A stretch of 64,000 nt of DNA from Heptranchias perlo (lineage: Eukaryota). The notes under the pieces are model-generated. The model was given only the letters and a program-made list of their open reading frames with translations, was not told the origin of the DNA and did no database searches. Below are positions 13,365 through 24,900 of the stretch, in pieces. The stretch is from assembly GCF_035084215.1 (NCBI RefSeq), contig NC_090353.1:35774001-35838000 (forward strand), written 5' to 3'. The translations under genes and the position numbers were made by a program. The stretch's first letter is position 1. The number at the start of each line of letters is the position of its first letter.

Positions 13365-14283
13365 ATGAAGGTGTCTTGAAGGAAGATTCCACCCCCCTGG
13401 GGTCTCCCTTCCGTCCGTGGGCCTTTCCCCTGCCCGGGGTCTCCTCTGTTTTGGATCCGGATCCTTTCCACATGCGGCCGTTGCTGCCCAGTTCATTTCC
13501 AGGGTCAGCCCTCGTTCCTGTCCTCGTCTCTACTGTCTGACCCTTGTAAGGGGTCTCTCTGTTACGCCACTTTTGAGGGCAGACTCGGGGCCTAGTATTG
13601 CCACAGGAGTTTACCCTATTGGGGGTCTCTCAAAAGGGTGAGGCGGCCAATAGGGTGTTGAGTATCCTTTCAGACAGAGGAAGACGACCGGCCTATTCCC
13701 GACCTCTAGCCTCCATGGGCAACGGGTGATTGAGTGGCCCTCAAGATGTCATACCCCTGTGGCTGACCAATCAGGGGTTTACAACACTGAAGAGGGCCTG
13801 TTTCCTCCACCTGATCTTGTTCTGCGTCTTTCAAGGCCAAAGTCAGCAACTTTGGGTTTACTCGCTCGTATCCCCGGTCTGGTCTCAGGCTGAGAGTTCC
13901 AAGGCCCCATTGTTTGTGTTGGACAGTTACCTCATCTAGTGCCTGGCTCTAACTGCACCTTGTTAGTGAGACTCCTGCTACTGCCCACATCAGCAACTTC
14001 AAAATTCTCTTAATTACATTAGAAGCAGACTGCTTTGTTTCCCATACGCACTTTTAATGATTTTGCAAAACTTAACAGAGTCTAAGTTATATGGTACAAA
14101 ACTCACATGTGCAGAATAGCTGCATTACACCGTCGATTAATACAAAAGGCTCCCATAAAAGCAGTAAAGATTGCGTATCAAAGGTACATGTGGCACATGT
14201 GGATCAAGGCCTACTGATTCTGGAATGGTTTTGTGTTTTTAACCACTATTACTAAATTTGTGTGGAAACTATATTTCCTTACA
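13365..14283. mobile_element. Possible LTR-like insertion interrupting a CR1 tail
   Basis: The CR1 tail agaatcatagaatcgttacag resumes as acagaaggaggccattc at ~14284. The insert has TGAAGG...CCTTACA ends but no clean TSD. Confidence 0.3.
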
Positions 14284-14703
14284 ACAGAAGGAGGCCATTC
14301 TGCCCATTGAGCCCGTGCCGGCTCTTTGTAAGAGCAATCCATTTCCCTGCAGCCCTGCAAATTTTTTCCCTTCAAGTATTTATCCAATTCCTTTTTGAAA
14401 GCCACGATTCAATCTGCTTCCACCGCCCTTTCAGGCAGCGCATTCCGGATCATAACAACTCGCTGCGTAAAAAGGTTTTTCCTCATGTCATCTTTGTTCC
14501 TTTTGCCAATCACCTTAAATCTGCATCCTCTGGTTCTCGACCCTTCCGCCAGTGAGAATTTTTATAAAAACTTCCCTCCCTGGTGACGGCCTCGAGGTTA
14601 TTTCCCAATCACTCACCAACCCATCCCCCTGTGAGAGATTTCACCAGCCAGGCTGTGCTGAGGGACTCGAGTCCTGACCTGATTCTCGAGTAGCTGGGAT
14701 TGA

Positions 14704-14800
14704 GAAACGAAACTGAATTGTTGAATGGGCTTGTGGAGTGTCAGAAATGGAAATAGAAACTGAAACTGGACCTTGGAGCCCAGTAACTGGGAGAGATTCC
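14704..14800 (+). promoter_or_regulatory. ISRE/IRF-E cluster with NF-kB-like site
   Basis: GAAACGAAACTGAA (14704-14717); GAAATGGAAATAGAAACTGAAACT (14744-14767, four GAAA cores with 2-nt spacing); GGGAGAGATTCC (14789-14800). Confidence 0.6.
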
Positions 14801-15019
14801 AATTCTTTCTCCTTTAATTAGGGGCAGCAAAGCAACTGCTGTTTGGAGCAACCAGTTTGACTGAGCTGTTGAGAAATATCGAGAATGCAAATTGGAATCC
14901 AAAACATTTTTTTGTTCTCTCCGACCGTCTCTGTGGGCAGAGGGAGAGAGGGTTTGTTGTTTTAAAGTTTCCAATCAACTTTCATCAGCGTCAATACCGT
15001 ACCTCGGAAATCGAACCAC

Positions 15020-16180
15020 AATCCCACTCTCCCGCTCACTCCCCGCACCCATTAATATCCCACCCAGCCTAAACCCACTCTCCTGCTCACTCCCCGCACC
15101 CATTAATATCCCACCCAGTCTAATCCCACTCTCCTGCTCACTCCCCGCACCCATTAATATCCCACCCAGTCTAATCCCACTCTCCCGCTCACTCCCCGCA
15201 CCCATTAACATCCCACCCAGTCTGATCCCACTCTCCTGCTCACTCCCCGCACCCATTAATATCCCACCCAGCCTAATCCCACTCTCCCGCTCACTCCCCG
15301 CACCCATTAATATCCCACCCAGACTGATCCCACTCTCCTGCTCACTCCCCGCACCTATTAATATCCCACCCAGTCTGATCCCACTCTCCCACTCACTCCC
15401 CGCAGCCATTAATATCCCACCCAGTCTAATCCCACTCTCCCACTCACTCCCCGCACCTATTAATATCCCACCCAGTCTGATCCCACTCTCCTGCTCACTC
15501 CCCGCACCCATTAATATCCCACCCAGTCTGATCCCACTCTCCTGCTCACTCCCCGCAACCATTAATATCCCACCCAGTCTGATCCCACTCTCCCGCTCAC
15601 TCCCCGCACCTATTAATATCCCACCCAGTCTAATCCCACTCTCCCACTCACTCCCCACTTCCATTAATATCCCACCCAGTCTGATCCCACTCTCCTGCTC
15701 ACTCCCCGCACCTATTAATATCCCACCCAGTCTAATCCCACTCACTCCCCGCACCCATTAATATCCCACCCAGTCTAATCCCACTCTCCCGCTCACTCCC
15801 CGCACCTATTAATATCCCACCCAGTCTAATCCCACTCTCCCACTCACTCCCCGCACCTATTAATATCCCACCCAGTCTAATCCCACTCTCCCGCTCACTC
15901 CCCGCACCCATTAATATCCCACCCAGTCTAATCCCACTCTCCCACTCACTCCCCACTTCCATTAATATCCCACCCAGTCTAATCCCACTCACTCCCCGCA
16001 CCCATTAATATCCCACCCAGTCTAATCCCACTCTCCCACTCACTCCCCGCACCCATTAAAATCCCACTCTCCCGCTCACTCCCCGCACCCATTAATATCC
16101 CACCCAGTCTAATCCCACTCACTCCCCGCACCCATTAATATCCCACCCAGTCTAATCCCACTCTCCCGCTCACTCCCCAT
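15020..16180. repeat. Minisatellite, 51-bp unit CCCACTCTCCCGCTCACTCCCCGCACCCATTAATATCCCACCCAGTCTAAT
   Basis: Produces the 17-aa periodic ORFs (SLIPLSCSLPAPINIPP). Confidence 0.95.
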
Positions 16181-16525
16181 ACTCTTTAATATTCCTCTTG
16201 TTCAAGCAGTTATTTAAATCCTTTTTTAATTGCCTGGTTCGAGGGGGCATTGCTGGCACAGCAATAGTTGTCACATTTTCCTACATAACACAGTCACTGC
16301 ACCTCAACAAGTGGCTCCCCGTGTGACGCACATTTAAATATTTAGACAATGTGCTGTATAAATCCAGCCATTTCTTTCTGTCTCCCCTTTGGCCCCCAAT
16401 GCTTCGGATGTTCCCGGAGAGATACTTTCCTCTCCCCAACCATCGGAGTCCGCAGAGTCTTACCCAGAACGTGAAACTGGCCATCGCTCAGCATTACTTC
16501 TCAACATCTCAAGGAACTTTCAGAA

Positions 16526-18678
16526 GTTGATTGGGAGAGTCTGTTGGCAGGCAACGGGACGTCTGGTAAGTGGGAGGCTTTCAAAAGTGTGTTAACCAGG
16601 GTTCAGGGTAAGCACATTCCTTATAAAGTGAAGGGCAAGGCTGGTAGAAGTAGGGAACCTTGGATGACTCGGGAGATTGAGGCCCTAGTCAAAAAGAAGA
16701 AGGAGGCATATGACATGCATAGGCAGCTGGGATCAAGTGGATCCCTTGAAGAGTATAGAGATTGCCGGAGTAGAGTTAAGAGAGAAATCAGGATGGCACA
16801 AAGGGGACATGAGATTGCTTTGGCAGATAAGGCAAAGGAGAATCCAAAGAGCTTCTACAAATACATAAAGGACAAAAGAGTAACTAGGGAGAGAGTAGGG
16901 CCTCTTAAGGATCAACAAGGTCATCTATGTGCGGAACCACAAGAGATGGGTGAGATCCTGAATGAATATTTCACATCGGTATTTATGGTTGAGAAAGGCA
17001 TGGATGTTAGGGAACTTGGGGAAATAAATAGTGATGTCTTGAGGAGTGTACATATTACAGAGAGGGAGGTGCTGGAAGTCTTAACGCGCATCAAGGTAGA
17101 TAAATCTCAGGGACCTGATGAAATGTATCCCAGGATGTTATGGGAGGTTAGGGAGGAAATTGCGGGTCCCCTAGCAGAGATATTTGAATCATCGACAGCT
17201 ACAGGTGAGGTGCCTGAAGATTGGAGGGTAGCAAATGTTGTGCCTTTGTTTAAGAAGGGCGGCAGGGAAAAGCCTGGGAACTACAGACCGGTGAGCCTGA
17301 CATCTGTAGTGGGTAAGTTGTTAGAGGGTATTCTGAGGGACAGGATCTACAGGCATTTGGAGAGGCAGGGACTGATTAGGAACAGTCAGCATGGTTTTGT
17401 GAGAGGAAAATCATGTCTCACGAATTTGATTGAGTTTTTTGAAGGGGTAACCAAGAAGATAGATGAGGGATGTGCAGTAGACGTGGTCTACATGGACTTC
17501 AGCAAAGCCTTTGACAAGGTACCGCATGGTAGGTTGTTACATAAGGTTAAATCTCACGGGATCCAAGGTGAGGTAGCCTATTGGATACAAAATTGGATTG
17601 ACGACAGAAGACAGAGGGTGGCTGTAAAGGGTTGTTTTTCAAACTGGAGGTCTGTGACCAGCGGTGTGCCTCAGGGATCGGTGCTGGGTCCGCTGTTATT
17701 TGTTATTTATATTAATGATTTGGATGAGAATTTAGGAGGCATGGTTAGTAAGTTTGCAGATGACACCAAGATTGGTGGCATTGTGGACAGTGAAGAAGGT
17801 TATCTAGGATTGCAACGGGATCTTGATAAATTGGGCCAGTGGGCCGATGAATGGCAGATGGAGTTTAATTTAGATAAATGTGAGGTGATGCATTTTGGTA
17901 GATTGAATCGGGCCAGGACCTACTCCGTTAATGGTAGGGCGTTGGGGAGAGTTATAGAACAAAGAGATCCAGGAGTACAGGTTCATAGCTCCTTGAAAGT
18001 GGAGTCACAGGTGGATAGGGTGGTGAAGAAGGCATTCGGCATGCTTGGTTTCATTGGTCAGAACATTGAATACAGGAGTTGGGATGTCTTGTTGAAGTTG
18101 TACAAGACATTAGTAAGGCCACACTTGGAATACTGTGTACAGTTCTGGTCACCCTATTATAGAAAGGATATTATTAAACTAGAAAGAGTGCAGAAAAGAT
18201 TTACTAGGATGCTACCGGGACTTGATGGTTTGACTTATAGGGAGAGGTTAGATAGACTGGGACTTTTTTCCCTGGAGAGTAGGAGGTTAAGGGATGATCT
18301 TATAGAAGTCTATAAAATAATGAGGGGCATAGATAAGGTCGATAGTCAAAATCTTTTCCCAAAGGTAGGGGAGTCTATAACGAGGGGACATAGATTTAAG
18401 GTGAGAGGGGAGAGATACAAAAGGGTCCAGAGGGGCAATTTTTTCACTCAAAGGGTGGTGAGTGTCTGGAACGAGCTGCCAGAGGCAGTAGTAGAGGCGG
18501 GTACAATTTTGTCTTTTAAAAAGCATTTGGACAGTTACATGGGTAAGATGGGTATAGAGGGATATGGGCCAAGTGCAGGCAATTGGGACTAGCTTAGTGG
18601 TATAAACTGGGCGACATGGACATGTTGGGCCGAAGGGCCTGTTTCCATGTTGTAACTTCTATGATTCTATGATTCTAT
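16526..18678 (+). mobile_element. CR1-clade LINE, 5'-truncated; uninterrupted ORF2 reverse-transcriptase part 16544..18592
   Basis: RT motifs PGNYRPVSLTS, DFSKAFD, GVPQGSVLGP and KFADDTK; CR1 C-terminus FFTQRVV..WNELP; 3' tail (ATTCTATG)n. The 5' boundary is approximate. Confidence 0.95.
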
Positions 18679-18692
18679 TATCTGTTTTTTTA

Positions 18693-18764
18693 GGACAATT
18701 CCCCTTTGAGAGAGCCGGGCTGAGCCTATCAGTGCAGCTGTGAGCACCATGTGATTTCCAGGAA
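18693..18764 (+). promoter_or_regulatory. Gene A proximal elements: NF-kB-like site, E-box and GAS
   Basis: GGACAATTCCCC (18693-18704); CATGTGAT running into a perfect GAS TTCCAGGAA (18756-18764), about 195 bp before the ATG. Confidence 0.45.
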
Positions 18765-18957
18765 TTTGATGTTGAAATTGTAAATTAATGTTGGAAAACA
18801 CAAATCTAACTGTCACTCAGGCACATTTCACTAAAAGAAAGGCAGGAAGAACTTTCTGCTCAGTGTGTCTATTTTAGATCCTGTCTGACTGCTGCCAGTT
18901 CCCTGCTCCTGCCTGAAGACTAACGTACATTTTTTTAGCTTCTGGGACTACTCCAGA

Positions 18958-21900
18958 ATGCAGAGATTTTTCTGTGCCTCTATCGGAATAAACCATCTCA
19001 GGGCCTTCCTGCTGTTGTGTCTGATGATCGTGATAATCCAGGTGGCCATGAAGGCTCTGTCTCCCGCTCGGCAGAGAGATCACTGCGGAAAGCAGGACGT
19101 TGAGGAGACTGCGCGGCTGGGCAGGGAGGTCAGGCAGCTCCAGAAAGAGAACGGGCACCTGAGGAAACGGCTGGTGAATTTGGAGGCCAATGCCGAGAAG
19201 CTTACGCGGCTCGATCGGATCCGGGAGGAGGCCAAGCGGGAGGAGGTGGTGAGTCACAAAGAATTGGCCCCGGGGGAGGGTGGGGTGTGGGGGTGCCGCC
19301 TGAGACCATCTCAGGAGAGAGGCCAGCCGTGTTTCACCAAAGATACAGAATGTGGAGTGAGAGAGAGAGAGAGACTCACCTACTCCTCTCACCTCTCTCT
19401 GATTTAACATTAAACCGCGGCACAAAATCCAGGCTGATACTTCCAGTGCCAGCACTGAGGGAGTGCAGCACTGTCGGAGGTGCCGTCTTTCAGATGAGAT
19501 GTTAAACCGAGGCCTCGTCTGCCCTCCCAGGTGGACATGAAAGATCCCACGATCACTATTTCGAAGAAGAGCAGGGGGGTTCTCCCCGGTGTCCTGGGGC
19601 CAGTATTTATCACTCAACCAACATCACTTAAAACAGATTATCTGGTCATTATCACATTGCTGTTTGTGGGATCTTGCTGTGTGCAAATTGGCTGCCACGT
19701 TTCCTACATTACAACAGTGACTACACTTCAAAAAAGCACTTCATTGGCTGTGAAGTGCTTTGGGGATGTCCTGAGGTTGTGAAAGGCGCTATATAAATGC
19801 AAATTCTTTCTCTTCTTTTTGTACTCCCAGGGATCTTGCCTCCCAGAAGAATTTACTGTCGAGCATTTATCATTAAAATAAAATAACTGCGCCCACCCAT
19901 CCTCCCTCCCATACTTCTCCATAGCGACTGTAATCCTCTATAGCGACCGTACTTCATGTGTGATCCTAGACAGTGAGTCGGTAGGTTGTTCTACCATGGG
20001 GTGCATCGCAGCCAAGCCTGATATCCAGACACACACTCACAGAATCTTCAGCGGGGTTCCCTAAACCACTTTGCTATTTCCCTCCCCATCATTATAAGCC
20101 TCTTCTCAACTACACTGCCAGGGCATTTTATTATTGTTACTCCAATTCCGGCCTCTTGCCCATTTCCCCCCCCAACTCCCTCCTACCCACCACTGGCGGC
20201 CATGCCTTCAGCTGCCTGGGCCCTGAGCTCTGGAATTCCCTCCCTAAACCTCTCCGCCTCTCTACCTCTCCCTCCTCCTTTAAGACGCTCCTTAAAACCC
20301 ACCTCTTTGTCCTAATATCTCCTTGTGTGGCTCGGTGTCAAATTCTGTTTGATAATCGCTCCTGTGAAGCTCCTTGGGGACGTTAAAGGCGCTATATAAA
20401 TGCAAGTTGTTGTTGTACGGGCTCTATGCAAAGTGCATGCTGTTGTTGAATGGTTGCACTCTGCGTGGTGCATTTACCCACAGAGTCACCAGGACAGTTC
20501 CCCCTCTCCCTCCCCATTGGTGAGTTTTAAAAAGTCACGTTTTTAAGGGGTCTTTCGTTAACTGACCACACGTTGCCGACTCGATCATTTCACTTGCCTG
20601 TGCGGCGGGTCGGTGCTCGTCGGCGATCCTGGCTCATTGTCCCATAGTGCCTGAAAAAGACAACGACAACTTGCGTCTATGCAGCAATATTGGTAACACT
20701 CAGCTTCTGCTCACAACCAACAGTCATACAGTAACTCACCAGTAGTCCACGTGTAACTGGTAGTAATAAGTGTAACACCCAGATGTTTCCACTTGTGGGG
20801 GAGACCAGAACTAGGGGCCATAAATATAAGATAGTCACTAATAAATCCAATAGGGAATTCAGGAGAAACTTCTTTACCCAGAGAGTGGTGAGAATGTGGA
20901 GCTCGCTCCCACAAGGAGTAATTGAGGCGACTAGCCTAGATGCCTTTAAGGGGAAGCTGGATAAACACATGGGGGAGAAAGGAATAGAAGGATATGCTGA
21001 TAGGGTGAGATGAAGTAGGGAGGGAGGAGGCTCGTGTGGAGCATAAACACCAGCACAGACCCGTTGGGCCGAGTGGCCTGTTTCTGTGCTGTACATTCTA
21101 TGTAATTCTATGTAATATCCTATCAATAACGAGTAGTAATCCTATAACCCACTGATATTCACCCTGAAACCACAGCCAGAATCCCTCTGCACTGCACAAA
21201 CTGCAGTCAGGCTCCCCAGTCAATGCCACCTTTAACAGGCCCCATCTCCTTGGACTCTGGTTTGGTCTCGGGTTCCGTGTGAAGGTGACGAACTCTGAAC
21301 CGGGAGCCTCAGTCAGAGCCGATCCGTACTTGAAGTTCACACGTTAAAACCGTCCGGCACAGACCGACCTGACCCTAACTGAGAGATCGCACCAAGGGCA
21401 GAGGGCTGGGTGATTGGGGCACTGCTCACAGGGCACATTGTCCTAAATTCAGCTCATCACCAACATTTCTAAACCATTCCCTGGGCTCGGACTCAACAGA
21501 ATGATAGAAATTACAGCATAGGAGGAGGCCAATAGGAGGATGGGCTCGGAAAGTCCAGAGCCAATCCAAGCCCATCGATGACCCAAGTTCCATGAAGCAT
21601 TTCAATCTCTCTCAGCCCTTTTAATTCTACCATTTATGAGCTGAGGAGAAACTCCCCATCTCACCTTCTCCAGAGGAGCCCCCCGATATTCTGTGCACTG
21701 TCTCCACTCGATGATCAGTAACCCTGTAGACCCACCCTTCACGCCCATCCAAGCTGCTCAATGTCAAAGAATGAGCTGGACTCTGTGAGTCCTCAAACGG
21801 TAAAATGGCCTGAGCTTTGTAAGACACTCAGTGTGTGTATCTTTACACTGTCCCATCAAACACTCCCAGGGCAGGTACAGCACGGGTTAGATACAGAGTA

Positions 21901-24900
21901 AAGCTCCCTCTACACTGTCCCATCAAACACTCCCAGGGCAGGTACAGCACAGGTTAGATACAGAGTAAAGCTCCCTCTACACTGTCCCATCAAACACTCC
22001 CAGGGCAGGTACAGCACGGGTTAGATACAGAGTAAAGCTCCCTCTACACTGTCCCATCAAACACTCCCAGGGCAGGTACAGCACGGGTTTGATAAAGAGT
22101 AAAGCTTCTTGAACACTGTCCAATAATGTGGCTTAATCCCAAGCCTCAGACCAATGCCCCTACAGCACCTGTATGGCATTTTGATCAATTTGGGATTAAT
22201 TTCTGCCAAAATACAGGCAGGCGTTAGATACAGAGTAAAACTCTGCCCAATAGAAACTAGATTAGGGTTTCCCCAAACTCACGTCCCTCAGGATACTGAT
22301 AGTCTGGGGACATTTTCATTCCATCAGCCTAGGCTGGGATCAAACTCCATCCCTGAAGTGAGAGAACAGCGGGGAGACAAATTGCAGATATTGTCTAAGG
22401 CTGTTCTTTTTGAATGTCTTGTTGTCACGTAGAGTGAGCTCAGTCCTTCCTCCTGGGTCTTGTCTCACTGCGTTGTCCATCTTTCCCAAAGGGACCGGAC
22501 AAAAAATTTAGTGATGTCTCATTTTTTTTTTGTGGTGTTTTTAATCTTTTTAAACAGATGTCCCTGCAGGGGAAGATCACAGTTCAGGAGAACACCATCG
22601 CAACCTTACAGAACCAGAGCAGGGACCTGAGCAACAAAAACACTAAACTGCAAGGTCAGTACAGCAACAGCAACAACTTGCATTTATATAGAGCCTTTAA
22701 CGTAGTAAAACGTCCCGAGACGCTTCACAGGAGCGATTATCAAACAAAATGTGACATCAAGCCATATGAGGAGATATTAGGACAGGCGACCAAAAGCTTG
22801 GTCAAACTGGTAGGTTTTAAGGTGCGTTTTAAAGGAGGAGAGAGAGATAGAGAGGCGGAGAGGTTTAGGGAGGGAATTCCAGAGATTGGGACCTAGGCAG
22901 CTGAAGGTATGGCCGCCAATGGTGGAGTGATGGAAATCGGGGATGCGCGAGAGGCCAGAATTGGAGGAGCGCAGAGATCTCGGAGGGTTGTGGGACTGGA
23001 GGAGGTTACAGAGGTATGGAGGGGCGAGAGCCATGGAGGGACAGACTCGCGGATAGAACCCTCCAAGATCCATCGGCCAAATCGCTGCTCTTTATTTTGG
23101 ACACGGATCCCCACTCACAGCGAGGGAAAGAATCTCCAACCAGCCCACTCCAGGGATTCCTGTTTCTGTAGAATAAACCTGGCCAAATTGGACTGAGGAA
23201 AATTGCCAAATTGGAATTGCAGAGATTCCCATTCCCAGTGACCCCTGCAGGACGCCTGAGGACATCAGGCTTGGCTGTGATGCCCCCAAGGTTGAATAGC
23301 CTATTGACTCTCACTATCTGGGCTCAGGCACCAAGAATGGGCAACTTTGGGGTGCTATTTGATCCATGTGGAACTATTATCCCATCAGTAGAGGATGGGT
23401 GAGAATTAGAATCATAGAATGGTTACAGCACAGAAGGAGGCCATTCAGCCCATCGAACCTGCGCCGGCTCTATGTAAGAGCAATCCAGTTAGTCCCATCC
23501 CCTGCTCTTTCTCCATAGCCCTCGAAATTCTTTCCCTTCAAGTATTTATCCAATTCCCTTTTGAAAGCCACGATTGAATCTGCTTCCACCGCCCTTTCAG
23601 GCAGCACATTCCAGATCATAACTACTCGCTGCGTAAAAAAGCTTTTCCTCGTGTCGCCTTTGGTTCTATTGCCAATCACCTTAAATCTGTGTCCTCTGGT
23701 TCTTGACCCTTCTGCCAATGGGAACAGTTTCTCTTTATTTACTTTATCTAAACCCTTCATGATTTTGATCACCTCTATCAATCTCCTCTCAAACTTCTCT
23801 GCTCTAAGGAGCACAACCCCAGCTTTTCCAGTCTATCCACGTAACTGAAGTCCCTCAACCCTGGAACCATTCTAGTAAATCTTTTCTGCACCGTCTCTAA
23901 GGCCTTCACATCTTTCCTAAAGTGCGGTGCCCAGAATTGGACACAATACTCCAGTTGTGGCTGAACCAGTGTTTTATAAAGGTTCATCATGATTTCCTTG
24001 CTTAGGAAAAAAGAAATAAAGGCTTTAACTGACTCAGACCCCTGCTTACTTTGTCTACGATTTCAACAGGTCTTTATTCTTACTTTATCAGATGTTCTTC
24101 AACATTGGGAAGTGAAGTTCTCCGATCTGGAAGAGAAACAAGAAAACCAGGAAGAGGAACTTAATAGAGCGACTAAACGTCTGGATGAGAAGCAGAGAGA
24201 AGTTGAAGAGTGGATTGAGAATCACTCGAGGCTGAATCAGCAACTGTAAGAGGCTGTGTTTTTGCAAGATAAAGTTTTATGTTGAGAAACGTTGGTGAAA
24301 GGCTCGAGGCCCGTCAATCGGGACGCAGCAGCAAGAAAATGGAGACTCAGATATGTACTTGCAAAGGAAAATTTCACTAAGGGGAAGGAGCAGGGGGGAG
24401 TGGGACTAATTGGAAAGCTCTTTTAAAGAGCTGGCACAGGCACGGTGGGCCGAATGGCCTTTCTCCGTGCTGTATGATTCTATGAGAGAAGATGAGGTAA
24501 AAGACAGAAAGACTTGCATTTATATAGCGCCCTTTCACGACCTCAGGACACCCTAAAGCGCTTCATAGCCACTTCACGTTTTAAGTGTAGTCACTGTTGT
24601 GATGTAGGAAACGCTGCAGCCAATTTGCACACAGCAAGATCCCACAAACAGCAATGAGATAATGACCAGATAATCTGTTTTTAATTATGTTGGTTGAGGG
24701 ATAAATATTGGCCCAGGACACCAGGGTGAATTCCCCTGCTCTTCTTCAAATAGTACCATGGGATCTTTTATGTCCACCTAAGAGGGCGGACAGGGCCCTC
24801 GGTTTAAAGTCTCATCAGAAAGACAGCACTCCCGGCAGTGCAGCACTCCCTCAGTACTGGCACTGAAGTGTCAGCCTGGATTATGGGCTCAAGTTACTCT

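Noticed and set aside
14892-16001. 289-aa and 259-aa repetitive ORFs
   Set aside because: By-products of a 51-bp minisatellite that is open on both strands.
16544-18592. Reverse transcriptase as a retron, DGR or domesticated host gene
   Set aside because: Typical 5'-truncated CR1 ORF2 with a CR1 3' tail and multiple copies; no endonuclease domain and no native start.
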